Shown here: piece after piece, positions 1-13,653 of the stretch | Layout of the letters: the number at the start of each line of letters is the position of its first letter | Position numbering within the stretch: the stretch's first letter is position 1 | Source: Octopus bimaculoides | Taxonomy: Eukaryota | Direction of reading: 5' to 3' | Assembly (NCBI RefSeq): GCF_001194135.2 | Contig: NC_068984.1 | Location: 31,774,776-31,838,775 of the forward strand | Length of the DNA: 64,000 nt | Position numbers and translations under genes: made by a program | The notes under the pieces: generated by a model | Seen by the model: the letters and a program-made list of their open reading frames with translations, nothing else | What the model was told of the DNA's origin: nothing | The model's database searches: none

Positions 1-1855
1 TGCTGAAGATGGGGAGCCTTTGGGCAAAACCAGAAATTAGGCTAATACAGAACTATCAATTTTATTAAAAAGTTTCCATTAGTTTCTTGTATCAAATTCA
101 ACATGTGTGTTTGTGACTTCTTTAAATGGTGAGATGACTTAGCATCTTTTTCTAAGCATATAGGCTAGAAACTTTTTCTAAGCCCTTATTATAGTTATAT
201 GTATATACTTGTACATATAAACCATACAATGTCCTGGAGTTGTAGCCCTCAAAGTCAATGACTCGACTCATTTGAACTTGCCTTACTATCTTGAAGAATA
301 AAAATAAAATGGAAAGACTGAAACCTACCTTAATAAGAACTATGTACTAGTCAAGGAATTTTTGTGGAAGAATACAAAAGTGGCTTCACTGTTACCTTCC
401 TTTAAGTACCATTTTTCTTCAGAAAGTATACCTTGGCAGGATTTGAACTCAGAATATGAAAATTAAAGACCAATACTATAAGGTATGATGCACTAATTAC
501 TCCACCTTTAGGTCACCTTTTTCAATAAGACTGAATGATCAAGATGAGTATGACCACTAATGAACTCAGGTTAGTTAATGACAACAATTAGAAGGATAAA
601 TCCATTCAGAGATTCTTGTCTTAGATATGATTTCTGTTCATCAGTTTTATCACGATGCACTTTTTACATAATGGTTTATTAATCACACTTGATGATGACC
701 CAGTAACTGACAAAAGATAAATAAAAGACTGTGGGGAAGAAGTAAAATGTATTATGTGTATTCATCCTTTGATGAAAGATGAAGACAATGACTTCAAAGT
801 TACTGCATTACAAAAGAAGATGTATCCAGGCTACAGACCAGAGAATCACACTGCTCTCACCTGTACTATTAACTTCTGTGAGTTTGAAGTTATGAAATTG
901 TCAGTATCTTGTTGTCACAAATGTGTGATATCCTCAATGCTACAATGAACGATTCACTTGCTGTGAAAAAATGTTCCAGCCATCAGTAATCAGAGAACAT
1001 CATGACCAGCTATGATGCACTTTTGAAAGGAATGCAGTCATGTGGGAGAGGGTAGAAAACAGTGGCTATTCTCACATATACTACACCTTCCATGTGCTTG
1101 AAAATATGGAAATAGAAGTATGACAATTGTCATAGATATGTAGAATACCCTAAAAACTTCAACTAGATATTTTACCCTTATTTGGTAGTCTGCTACACAT
1201 TTTCAGTGCTGTGTTACTCAGTAGGCACAGATGTTGGATAAGCACATGGCACTTTTATTTTAGTGATAAATGTCTGTGCTCAGATCAGACTCACTTTGTC
1301 ATTCTCACACAATATACCCAGTGGTAAAATAAAGTCAAAATAATTGTGCTGATATGAAAATGCAGGAGATTGCAGTGGTTGCAAGGATCTCCAGATCTTG
1401 CAGTAACAATTAACTTGGTGTGGGCACAGGTCATAAAGTATCAGTCCAGATGTTTGTCCTGCATAATTGCATTTTGCCACCTACACCAGGTGCCCTTAAT
1501 TGGACTGCTGCTACCAACTTCAAAGCTATAGAGATCAAGGTTTCTTATTCCTTCCATTCCTCATTTGAATGAAATGTAAACTTGCCTTTAAACATATGCA
1601 TTGCTGGATTGCCTTTGATTGTCCTGAGTTATCTACCCCTTTGATGGGTCATGATTTCAATCCTGCAATGTGTTCAAAATCAATCTCTTCATGAAGCAAG
1701 CTTAGTGGGATAGACAGTTTAGAAAACCCAAATATCCAATGCGAAGTTACATGTTATATGTTGTATACATATATTTATATAGAAAATTGATGTAAGAGAA
1801 TATAGAAATAAATCCACAGAAGTTGAGAGTTCAATTAATAATTAAATTTCTAGAA

Positions 1856-2107
1856 TATTATTGGTGCATAATTATTGTGGCATTTTTTCAACAAATTTCA
1901 TTCAACAAAAACAATAACAATATTTAACAAAAACATCTTAAATGACTGTATGACCGTCTGCCAAGCAAATGAGAAGCAGTAATTGGAGTAAATGGTGAAC
2001 ATGCTCCGAAATAATCATTTAAAGATGTTTTTGTTACATGTTGTTATTGTTTTGGTTGAATAAAATTTGTAGAAAAAAAGCCACAATTATTATGCACCAA
2101 CCCAATA
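1856..2107. mobile_element. Mariner-type MITE (non-autonomous, ~250 bp)
   Basis: Left end TATTATTGGTGCATAATTATTGTGGCATTTTT; right end (reverse complement) TATTGGGTTGGTGCATAATAATTGTGGCTTTTT. Both start with TA and resemble Hsmar1/MADE1-type TIRs (TTAGGTTGGTGCAAAAGTAATTGC). No internal ORF. Confidence 0.75.
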
Positions 2108-2109
2108 CA

Positions 2110-2969
2110 TTGCAAACAAATTCAAGCAGAACTGTGAGATAATGTATATACAATCTATGCATGGTGCATTTGTCACTATTATCTTCACCTGGTCATCACC
2201 ATTTTCATTCAATACCATCTGACCCAAACAAGTTGATTTTAGTCTCATCGGAAAAAAAAAAGAATTTTATTCTAAAACTCCTTTCCCATAGGTATGGGCA
2301 GATACACTCTTTCCACTAACAGAAGACACTTCTTGGACTAATAAAGTGGTACGATGCCTGTCATCCATCATACAATGCTGGATGTGGCAAATATCATGTG
2401 CTGTTAAAATAGAAGGATGACCTGGATGATGTTCATTGCTTAGCTGTCCAGTAGCTTTGTGCATTTGAATTCCGTTGGCAATTGTGTTTATGTGATATAT
2501 AATTCATTTGCTAGATTAACTTGCATCCAAAACCATTCTTGTGAAAATTCAAAATAATTTTCTTAAAATTTTCAGACAATTCTTTTCCTTTTGATGCCAT
2601 TTTAAACACAATGAAGAAGATTTCACCATGGTACACAAATCAGAATTCTTGCAGATGCAATGACAATGACTGGTGCAAAAATGTCAGGAGAAATAATTTA
2701 TAAGAATTAAAATTATCAACAATATCTGAATTTAGTAAAAAAAAGTGGATAAAATATTGAATATAGCAAATTTCCTTTAGGATGTACATATTTTTGTAAC
2801 ATTTGAAAATTAATATTTCGTTCATATCTTTGGAAATGTTTATTGTCTTGTGTTCCAATTTTATATAATGTTTGTATGTATGATATATTTTATTCAGTAT
2901 GAATTTCGTTTGATTTACTTTGATATTATCAGAGTGATGGCAATTTTGCTGAAATTTTTTAGGGCTGTA
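2110..2969 (-). mobile_element. Tc1-like transposon, 5' fragment (decayed transposase)
   Basis: Minus strand gives an HTH-region peptide (HKATGQLSNEHHPGHPSILTAHDICHIQHCMMDDRHRTT...VSGKSVSAHT), followed after a stop and frameshift by FSDETKINLFGSDG at ~2215-2255, the Tc1 first catalytic-D motif. Possible 5' terminus TACAGCCCTAAAAAATT at ~2969. Confidence 0.75.
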
Positions 2970-3845
2970 CATACATAAAAGCTGAAAAGTATAGATTTCA
3001 CAAATAGTTCATTCCTTAATTTTGTTCAACAACTACTTCAAGATGAACATCATTAAATGTATTGTCATTCTATTGTGATACCTAATTAGTTTAAATGAAA
3101 TTGATGTAGAATTTGTGTTTATCCAAATTATTTGTAATATCATGTTATATGTTTTTCATAAAACACTTACAAATAAAAATGAAAATTATTTCCCATCCCA
3201 ACTTTCAGTATGGTTAAAGTATACTTTTAAAAAAAATTTTGATCAGCTTCCTCAACCCAAACCTTTCTTATTACTTAGCGTTATAACCCTTGTTTGCAGA
3301 CAATGGATTTAATATGCAGAGTGACTGACCCTTTCAGCAGTCCTACCTTCTCTAATTTTTCCTCCTTTTATTTTCTCCCAGTCTATCTATTTTCTTGATG
3401 CCAGTGTATTTTCCTAAACTCTGTCTCTTGATACATTCACTCTTAGACTGCTCAGCTACCATGGATCATGCTAGTTAATACTATATTTGTTTTTATGTTT
3501 ATGAGTAATATTACTTCAGTATTGTATCTTCTTGCATAATATGCTTTTTTATATCAATCTTTCACTGATCGTATATCACAGCTGTAAAGAAAAGACCTCC
3601 ATACATCCTGTAAAAAATATTTGCAAATGTTTCATATAAATACATCTCTTACACCTAAAATTAGATGTACAGCTTCTTTATCGTCTTTTTTTTTTACATG
3701 CATGTGGTTTCAGTCGTTTTTCCCTGCTAATTTTCTACTTCTATACTACCTAAGTTTGATGTAGGAGTTGGAGTTTAAGAATATTTCAAAGCATTTCTTG
3801 GTGACTATCTATTCTACACTTCAACTAGTGTTTTATCACTCATTA

Positions 3846-4020
3846 TATCTATCTATCTATCTATCTGTCTGTCTGTCTGTCTTTCTGTATGTATGTCTGT
3901 CTGTCTATCAATCTATCTATCTATCTATCTCTTGCCTATATGTCAGTCTTGTAATATGCCTGTCAGTATGTCTGTATATATGCATGTGTGTATGTATGTG
4001 TATATATGCATGTATGTATA
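3846..4020. repeat. Compound (TCTA)/(TCTG)/(TATG) microsatellite
   Basis: Directly visible tetranucleotide runs. Confidence 0.9.
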
Positions 4021-5800
4021 GATTGTTTGAAATGGTGTGTAGATTTTATATATTAAGAAAAGAAAGGTAGTCAGAATTTTGGATAATTTTTTGCTTATTT
4101 AGAAGAGGTTTTGCACAGCTTTTGTCAACCAAATTAAGTTCAGAAGCCATTGGTGAACTGAAGCCACCATAGAAGGTATTTGCTCGGAACCAAGAACCAT
4201 GTGGTAGTGAAATGAACTTACTAAGCAAACAGCTATTCCTCACAAAACAACTGAACAGCATTGTTGTAACTGTATATATGCAATATCTCAGTGATGAATT
4301 CCAACATTTTAGAAGATCTTACTCAACACATAAAATTGCTTGTTTATCATAACTAACTTAATAAAGTCTAGGATGAAATCTCTATAATCTAATGAAATCT
4401 TTAAAATGTCATAAGATTTTGATTTTCACTAAATTATAATTTTAATTTAGTTTAGTGTTCAACAAACTCAACAATCATGCCTACACTAATTATAACCAAT
4501 ATTTGTTGCTTCTGTTCAGATGTGATAAGCTTACTGTTATTGAAATAACAGCTAAATCTCTTTCAAATAATACACAATTACCTTGGAAAATGAAAAGAAA
4601 CATTGGCTAATGCAGTCTTAGTTATATTCCACTTGAAAACAAGAAACTATGTTGGGATGCTTACAGTTAGAATGGTTTTGATCATTGGCCTGTTTGATTA
4701 GCACTGACTTGGAACCATTCTTCAACAGCTTCTACTGTTATCAGACAAACTTTTCAAAAATGTTAGAAAGATAATCGAGATAGAAATTAAAACAAACATC
4801 CACTTAAAATTGCATCTAACATGACTAAATGTTTTTCTCTTTTTTTGTTCTGTCAAATATACTGAAGTGGAACCACAGTCATCTGTAAAACATTGGTCTC
4901 TCAAAGATCACCATCAAAAATAATAAGATTTTTCTGACACCACCAACTTGTTAGGCTGTCATCGATGGTTGTTACCATATTCATCTTCCTACTATCAAAT
5001 ACCTATTCTGTATACTTGGCATATAACCATATATGTAGGTCTCTAACTGGGTGATGTTAGCTCAAGCCAGCTAAATCTACAAGTCCTGATTAAAGTGCTC
5101 CAGCTGTAACCACCTTATCTTTCTGTGTTTGACATTACATATTTCTAGAACTTCATTATCTAACATGTCCTTCCTGGTTTTAAGCAATATTATTTGATTT
5201 AAAGTTTATTTATCTGTTATTTTTAGCAAGTCAAGCAACCATGTAGGAGAGCACTTTTAGCTTCAAAAAGTTTTTATTTAATTTATAAGTTCATGAGTCA
5301 GCAGAGACAGTAAAACATCAAACTAAATGCTAAACAGTATTTACTTTGTCCCCATATGTTCCACATTGAAGTTCATCCTGGATCAGCTTAGCCTTTCACA
5401 CTGTGTAAGCTTCATAAAATAATTGTCAGTAATATATTGAGATTAATTCATGCAATTCTGCCTGTATCTTCTGCCAGTTGGCTTACTGTCGATGTAAGTA
5501 ATCATTATTAATAATAATGTCTTGTGAAAAAGAAATCAATTATGAGAAATTGCACTCATTTCCAACAGGATAAAGTTTCAAAGAAGAGATTACAATAACG
5601 AGATTTAATGATTGTTGTTTCAACTTGGTATATAATTAATGTTAAGCCACTAATGCTATGCAGCGATATTACAATTATTTCAAATAACTCTTTGGTATAT
5701 TTGAAATATAATGAGTTCATAAATACTTTCAAAACTTTTGAAGTTGAGAACATCTTCCGAATTATACAAGATCCACCACACCTGGTGCTGAAGTTATTTT

Positions 5801-5801
<1 letters not shown>

Positions 5802-5874
<73 letters not shown>

Positions 5875-5905
5875 CGCGAGTGTGCATGCGTGTGTGTGTG
5901 TGTGA
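5802..5905. repeat. (GT)n microsatellite
   Basis: Directly visible; accounts for the HT/CV-rich ORFs at 5556-5997. Confidence 0.95.
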
Positions 5906-6341
5906 AAGCATGCATGAGAAAGTGTGTGAGTGTGTATGTAAAATATATGAATAATATAGGAATAACGAAGACCGATGTTAAATCAAACACTATCTAAGTC
6001 CTGGTAGTATGATATAATGCATCGAGACAATGGTGAGATACTCTACGACCAATCCAATCCATGCCTGGTTTGGAAAACATATGAAATGAACTTGCTGTGG
6101 CTCACATTAGCCATCTAGCTGTAAGGACACAAATTTAAAGTTGCATCTTCATTTTGAGCATATAGTGTAAATCAAACAAACTAGCCCCATTTCACACAAA
6201 CTTATGGGAAAATTTGCACTCACTATTGTAAGCAAAATAATCAATTATAAATGTGGTTTAACTGACTTCTGATCAAAAGTATTTCAGCCATGACATCCAG
6301 TTTTTAATTTCATACATAGTGGATTTAGAATTACATTGTAC

Positions 6342-6400
6342 CAGTGGTTCCCAAACTTTTTCAGGCTGCTGCCCCACTCAGCACCCAGGCTGTATTCCTA
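6342..6400 (+). mobile_element. hAT (Charlie-like) left terminus fragment
   Basis: CAGTGGTTCCCAAACTTTTT matches the usual Charlie/MER5-type TIR; no matching right end nearby. Confidence 0.45.
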
Positions 6401-6479
6401 GCACCCTTCCCACACACACACACACACACACACACCACAAACATAGAACATAATTTAAAACACCTCTGAAATTATTAAC

Positions 6480-7181
6480 AATTTTTATAAAGCCAAAAAT
6501 GTTTCTCTCTTGGGTTTCAAGTATGTAGTGAATAAAATGGTCAAAATCGTTTCGGACTGGAGTGGTGAGGAGGTAGGGGGAGTGAAAAAAATTTTCAAAA
6601 CTTTTTATATTTTTCGTTTCGTGAAAAGACGCTTACCATCATTCTGAAGACTTTGGTGAAAAACATTGGAAAAAATCCCCATCAAAACAGAGAAGTTCCA
6701 ACTTATGTGGGCCGTCTGACCTGAAACCCTGTTTTCCAGAAACTCCTCCCCTCCGCCCCCTTTCAAACATTTTGCCTACTAATTCCTTTATAATCGTAAT
6801 CTACACTGTCTGAAAAGTATTTGTATAAAATTTCATTCAAAAATACCTATTTTCCAGAAAGCTATGAGGCAGGAAATGTCGGGTTCTGTGAACTTTCTGA
6901 AACTCCTCACCTAAACTCCTCAGGAAATGTTTCCAACAAATCTTTACATACACTCAATTTACAGGATGTAAGCGATTATTTGATGAAAGTTTCGTTAAAA
7001 CGTATCCATTTTTCTGGAAGTTATGAGGCAACAAAATCAGTGGGGTATTAAACTATAGTTATGTCATTTTCCAATAAAAGTTAATATCAATGGATTAACA
7101 TTAACTTCCATTACATTTTCAAAGAATTAACGGATTAACGATTAACAAAGTTAATATTTCAGTTAACGGTGCCCACCTCTG
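6480..7181. mobile_element. Probable hAT-type element end with subterminal TTAAC repeats
   Basis: Terminus reads CAGAGGTGGGCACCGTTAACTG on the minus strand, ending at 7181. It is preceded by clustered (G)ATTAAC/TTAACG motifs at 7090-7168. A diverged ~160-bp internal module occurs at ~6827 and ~6986. Confidence 0.45.
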
Positions 7182-7385
7182 TATATATGCACGCTAGTGA
7201 CACATGGTGGTTGTTTTATTGGGTGTGCTGCCATACACAATGCCACCAAATTTCAAGCAGGGGTATGACAAAAGTTTTCTCTTAAGATTTATAATCAAAT
7301 TAATGAGTGAGGTTAATATTTGTAATGAATTTGCAACTTTTGATGGGTGTGCAACATACACCTAGTACACACGAGATATACACCC

Positions 7386-7416
<31 letters not shown>

Positions 7417-7521
7417 GACCGGTCCGTGGTTTCTTTGTATCATCTATCTGGATGTTTTGTCCCTCTCTTGTATCACCTAACTGTCTTGATGTTTTGCATT
7501 CTTGTCCCATTCTGTATCATT

Positions 7522-7565
<44 letters not shown>

Positions 7566-8454
7566 GGTGTGTATGTCATAAATCACAATATATTGCATTA
7601 AACAATGTATTCCACTTTTAATGATAGGAGGTGTAATTTTAAGGAGATTCGATTGCTATTTCTAGCATGTTGAGCGAGGATGTTGATGACTCTCTTGATG
7701 CCAATAGTTATTTGTGCACTGACTCCAACAAAATTCCAGTATGTAGGTAGAAGAATCAGTCTGACAGTTTGCAGTCACTGTAGAATAAATATGTCAAAGT
7801 AATAAGTTTCTGAATCCCTAGATAGATGTTCAATGGCATAATATCTATGAAAGCATCCCTGAGATATTAGGCATAATATGTTACTGTCAACATATTTGAA
7901 ATAATACAATTATAACTGGAATAGAATTGTGAAATTATATTGATGTTCTAATATAACACTATCAACAGCTGCAGGCAATGATGTTTGTGTGTTTGCTTCT
8001 CAATGCTGATATCAATTAGACAGTTTTGTATAACAATGACTTTTTCCACCCTTCATGTCCTTTTTCTAGTCTTTTCACTGTGTATGCATATTTCTTTCAA
8101 GTCAGTTTTAATAATCCCTTTGCAATTTCTCTTAGCCAGTCACAAATCTGATTAACCTTCTCTTATAGATTTCTGATTGTGTGTTACTTGTTACTATTGT
8201 TTAACTTGAATGATATTACTTGAATGATCACAAAAGAGTTCAAAGTTTCTTCTTACTTTTAACTCACAGATAATTGAAATAAAGAAGGAAGAAAGAGGGA
8301 GGGAGAAGGAGAGGGAGAGAGAAGGGAGAGAGAGAAAGTTGAGGAATGGATATGTGTGCCTGTGGAAACATGTGTGGGTGAGTGGGGAAAGAGAAATAAA
8401 ATGAACAATCTTTAAAATCATTCTAAAAATGATGCCCTATAATGATTGTGTAAA

Positions 8455-9740
8455 TATGAAGGTAGTCAGAAAAGTTTGTAGGATGACTAAGAAGGAGTGA
8501 TGCTAGAGCTATGAAATCTTGCATGCATTACTTTCACCTCATTTTATTAATAACTGCATTGTTTCTTTGCAGGTAAAGTGATATCTGACTCTTCAAAGAA
8601 GTGTTTGATTGTAACTAGAAGTGACTTCTCTTAAAAATTGGCGAAATTTGGCATTGTAACTTTATCAAGTTCTTGCAGAAAAAGGGTTTAGCCCCCAATG
8701 AATTTCATGCTGACATGGTTACTACATTAGAGAATGATACTCCAGCTCTATCAACAGTACAAAAGTGGGCAGGTGAATTTAGGAAGGATAGGGAGAGGTT
8801 TGAAAATGACCCAACATCTGCAACTCTCACCACAGATGAAAACATTAATCATGTTCAACACATGGCGATGGACGACAAGCAGGTAACTTTAAATCAAATA
8901 GCCAATGTTATTAGCATATCCTGTGACAGAGGTGACAATATTCTGCACCATGAACTTGCTATGACAAAGGTTTTTGCTCAGTGGGTGCCATATCTTCTGA
9001 CACCAGAGCAAAAGTGCACCAAGCTGATCACATCACAGGAAAACCTGAGATTGTTTGAGGCAGATCCAGATGGTTTCCTCGAAAATGTTCTAACATATGA
9101 TGAGCGTTGGGTTCATCACTTTGATTCAGAGACAAAGAGACAATCCATGCAGTGGCAACACCCCCTCCTCATCTGCTCCAAAGCAGCAAGGTTGTTTCAT
9201 ATGCAATGAAGTTAATGGCCTCAGTAATTTTGGGATGCAAAAGGCATTGTTAATTGACTATTCAAAAGGCCCACACTATCAATGGAGGGTACAATACCAA
9301 CGAGCTGAGTCAGTTATGAAAAGTTATCAATCCCAAATGTTCAGAAAAACAGACAAAATCGGTTTTGTTTCACCAGGATAATGCTCCAGCACACAAGTCC
9401 TTGGTTTCAATGGCTACTGTGCGTGGTTGTGGCTTTGAACTGGTTGATCACCCTCCTTATTCTCCTGATTTGGCTCTAGCTGACCCTAATTTGTTCTCCA
9501 ACATGAAAAATCACTAGGTCGGGAACTAGTATCACAATGATGACGATGTTGCATCTGTTGTTGATGGCTTTTTTGACCGACAGGATGAAAGCGTCTTCAA
9601 GAAAGGAATCCAAGCACTGCAACACCAATAGAAAAAGTGTGTGGACCACAAGGGGGTTAATGTTGAAAAATAAACCTCATATGGTCACATGCCATGAGAG
9701 TATCTTGGTCAGATTATGAACTTTTCTGTTGACCTTCATA
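8455..9740 (+). mobile_element. Full-length mariner transposon (dead)
   Basis: 38-bp imperfect TIRs TATGAAGGTAGTCAGAAAAGTTTGTAGGATGACTAAGA / TATGAAGGTCAACAGAAAAGTTCATAATCTGACCAAGA (reverse complement), TA at both ends, ~1.29 kb, with transposase inside. Confidence 0.95.
8638..9673 (+). pseudogene. Mariner D,D34D transposase pseudogene
   Basis: Motifs WVPYLL (WVPHEL), TYDERWVH, HQDNAPAH and HPPYSPDLALAD, with 34 residues between the second and third D. Start codon is mutated, with frameshifts and stops (e.g. TAG after NMKNH). Confidence 0.93.
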
Positions 9741-11384
9741 TTCTGGGTCACAGTGCTCACGCTACTTATAGAAACATTTCAGGCTGAATCCAGAGAAAGC
9801 TCACTGGACAGACTGGCATAAAGTAACTCACCATCTGGTCAAAAGGTACAATGTTTCCTGTCTTTACCTTTCATATTGCTTCTACAATAGCTCTTGCTAC
9901 TCATAACTGCCTAGTCTTGTGTCACCTCTACTCAAGTCATTTCAAGTCATTCCTTTCTTTCTTCTTATCATCTCCAATATTGTGTGCAATTCACCAGGCT
10001 CTGCAATAATTACTCTTTCTAATTCTAATTTCACTGAATGTCAGCTCACTGAAACTCCATCCTTTCTTCAAATATTGAATTGAATTGCAACAATTTACGT
10101 AGAGCATCAATAGTATAAATCTAACTGATTTTCTATGACTTGGAAAGGCCATGAATATTGCTTCTCTTCTAGACTTAGAAAGTAAAAACAAAAGAAATAC
10201 AAGGCTTGTAGTATGCTTTTGAACTTTTGACAATATGAATTATAATTGGACCTTTGTAACAATAACAAAAATTAATTGGTTCCACCATATCCCTGCTTCA
10301 ACTACAATTTGATTGGTAGAACTATTCAGAATTATGTTAAGTTAGAATGAATGAAATATTAAGTTCAAATACTAAAGTCAATATGCAGAACCAAAGCCCA
10401 AGTTATTTATTCTCATTAAAGATAATAAATGCTGAATATATGCAAATGAATAATGAAATAATAAAAATATCCATTAACAAATAAACTGTGTTGTAAAATA
10501 CAAACTTCAGAATTTATGTTGTGCAAGCCACTTTAAATTTATCATTTTATTTTCTTTTAGTGGAATATAAACAGAGAAATTTCATTATTAATGTCATTTC
10601 TTTTCTCATCTCAAAATAATGCTTTATATATAAAAAGACGTTTTCAATAAGGTGTTTATTTCCATAAATATAACACTTCTTTTTTTATATATTTTCCACA
10701 TATATCTGTTATGAAATAAAATATTTTTTTTAAATATAAATATATATTATCAAATTTACAACAGGTTTAATGACATGGATAAGAACATTTGTTGAACAGA
10801 AACAGCTGTAATGGAAGATGTAGCAGTAGTAGCAGTAGTATAATTGAAAAGTGCAATTGGGAGCAGATAGAGTTGTTTGGATAAGAAGTTAATTTCACAA
10901 CCATGGGGACGATTTCACTATCATGAGGCTACAAATAATCAATATAAAGTTGTTATAGCGTCACTAGCAATAACATTATCACAAGTATAAGGGGTAATAG
11001 ATGTACTCAGCCATCGTAGCACGTTATTTGATTATATATATATTATTATTTCAGAGTTTTGCAACTACTTAATAATTTGTTTTAAATCTAATTTATGCAC
11101 AAAGGCATGAGCATGCAATGACATATAATATATATATGCACTATTCAATATATTTTTATTGATAATAGTTCTGAAGAGGTGGTGAGTGAAAGAATTGTTA
11201 AAGACTTGGAGAACATGCATTACAATATATAGTACAGCAGTTTATATTCTGAGTTCAGGTCTTTATCAAAGTCACCTTTGTCTCTGGGGTTATTAAAATA
11301 CTATACAAATCAACTTACATGCACACACTAACACACACATTTATGTACGTATGTATGTATGTATGTATGCATGAATATATGTAC

Positions 11385-12568
11385 TAGTGAGTGGAAAACA
11401 AGAAAAATATCTTTTTCTCTGCACAAATGTATTTCTCAACATAGTCTCCGACACAAGCGATGCATTTGTGTCATCGTTGAAACCAACATTTGAATCTTGT
11501 TTGAAAAACTTAGGCGTGCAATGTTCAATCCATTCCTTCCCGGCCAATTTTACTTTATCTGTTTCCTCAAATTATTTTCCCCGAATACTATACTTCCATG
11601 GACTGAACAAGTGGAAGTTAGAGATGTAGGGTGTATAGTGGGTGAGGGACCACCGATCACTCCAATTTGCAGATTCCCTGATTTGTTACCAACGATGTGC
11701 ATAATCGAACATTGTAACGGTGAATGACGATCGTTTTCAGATCCTTATTTGTTCTCTTCCTCCTTGAGTTCTTTAAGTTTTTAAAGTGACTCAGTGCATT
11801 GCTCGCTATTCATAGTAAAGCCATGTTCGATGAAATAAAGACGAATAATGCCTTTGCCATAAAAAACATTTTAAATAATAAAAAAGCAGTCCCCATGACC
11901 GATTGATGGTTCTTAATTTCTCAGACCTTGGAGAAGAGACGTGACGCTATCCCATGAACTGAGCCTCTGCTTCTAGATCATAAAGATCAGTTTATACTTC
12001 ATTTCCTGTCAGTAGATCGGAAAATTATGTTTCTTAGGGTTTTGGATGCTTCCAGCATATTAGAGCAGACTTTCACGCTTCTCTCTCTCAAATTGGATGT
12101 CTGTTTTGAAGTACACATTTTGCAAACCCTTTCTAATTCCTAAAGCCATCTACCGTCTTCTTTAATGCATCCATATATGGAGTAAACCCACATATTATCT
12201 GCTTACATAAGTGGACGAAATCAGTTCGTCCACTTACTGGCGATTCATGTTGGTGGTCCCAGATGCTTTTCTTCCTCTGAGTGGTTTTTCTTCAATGCTC
12301 GTTTCATCATCATATAAAATTTTTCATCTATCTGTGCACATTGCTCATGTTATTAGTGCCGTTTCCGTAAACACCTCGTCGGAGCAGCATGTGTGCTTTC
12401 TTCATCGAGAATTTAATGGCAGCATATATAGCTCCTGTTTGGAGCTCATTATTCGCTTGCAAACGTATATAACATTAGAATGAATTATCATAGGCGAAAT
12501 TTTACTCCAGCAACGTAAGCAAACCTATGCTATGCCCACTTTAGTGTTATTTTTGGTACAACCTCATA
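11385..12568 (-). mobile_element. Second, more decayed mariner transposon
   Basis: Minus-strand fragments YAAIKFSMKK, GVYG...SNVHR, ETSIEEKPLRGR, IHRYNVRLCTS (HDNARPHT-like), SNFHLFSPWK, and the C-terminal HKCIACVGDYVEK. 5' TIR-like TATGAGGTTGTACCAAAAAT ends at 12568; no clear 3' TIR. Confidence 0.85.
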
Positions 12569-13358
12569 TCATGCACACACATATGTATACATAGCCATAT
12601 GTATACACATACATACACACTAAGAGAAACATACGGGATTTATATATACTGAAGAATTTACATTATTTCTTCTTTTATGCTATTTTTTTGCTCTCTGTAC
12701 CCTTCATAAAATATAACTATATTTCACCATAAACAATATTAACCGCATTATAATGTACATCACACCTTGTTTCAATGCCCACGATGTACCACAGATCTTG
12801 TCATAAGGCATCTGTTCCAACATTTTATGTAAATATCCGATTTTGAATCAGTTAACTGATGCATATGCGAAGTAGGAAAAAGAAAAGCATAAAACTGTTG
12901 TATATATCTTTACAAGGAAATAAATTAAAAACGTACTGTGTTTGGTGAAAAAAAAATCATTGATTTAGGTTGAATGAAATAGAAATATCGTTGATCTGTA
13001 GGTTTGAAGAATATTTATGCTAAACTTCCCAATAATTTATTGCATTTAGTTTTACCAGTCTCAGTTTTTCTGAAAGTTTATCTTATTTTATGCTTCAAGT
13101 TGAGAAGTAAGGGATTCTCAGAGAAAATGTCTACAATAAATTGTATTTATTTATGCTTCTTCCAAACTTCGGATAATCTCATTGAGATGCAGAGTTTTAA
13201 GAAATGAAATTATATGTTTTTCATTGGTGTCAATTGCAGTCTCACGAGGCACCAGGAAAATACAATTCTATAATCTCAGTTTGTGTTGGTATGTATTATG
13301 TATGTATGTATGTGTGCCTGTATGTATAAATACACAAACTGAAACACATGCATATATA

Positions 13359-13620
13359 NNNNNNNNNNNNNNNNNNNNNNNNNNNNNNNNNNNNNNNNNN
13401 NNNNNNNNNNNNNNNNNNNNNNNNNNNNNNNNNNNNNNNNNNNNNNNNNNNNNNNNNNNNNNNNNNNNNNNNNNNNNNNNNNNNNNNNNNNNNNNNNNNN
13501 NNNNNNNNNNNNNNNNNNNNNNNNNNNNNNNNNNNNNNNNNNNNNNNNNNNNNNNNNNNNNNNNNNNNNNNNNNNNNNNNNNNNNNNNNNNNNNNNNNNN
13601 NNNNNNNNNNNNNNNNNNNN
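13359..13620. other. Assembly gap (N run) flanked by (AT)n
   Basis: N run. Similar gaps at 24350-24450, 31357-31467, 42428-42437, ~53396-53546, 54307-54460, 56481-56490 and ~63154-63162, most bounded by AT dinucleotide tracts. Confidence 0.99.

Positions 13621-13653
<33 letters not shown>

Noticed and set aside
1360-1530. Plus-strand LQWLQGSPDLAVTINLVW resembling the Tc1 WPxxSPDL motif
   Set aside because: Only SPDL matches, it is on the opposite strand to the nearby Tc1, and there are no supporting motifs.
4583-4881. Minus-strand AG/GT-bounded segment with a hydrophobic stretch (FKWMFVLISISIIFLTFL)
   Set aside because: Stops in all three frames across the segment and no recognisable homology.
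5556-5997. Long ORFs rich in HT/CV/YI (also 3768-4070, 19667-20027, 20246-20883, 22898-23231, 52760-53026, 63011-63368)
   Set aside because: They are translations of dinucleotide or tetranucleotide microsatellites, which lack stop codons.
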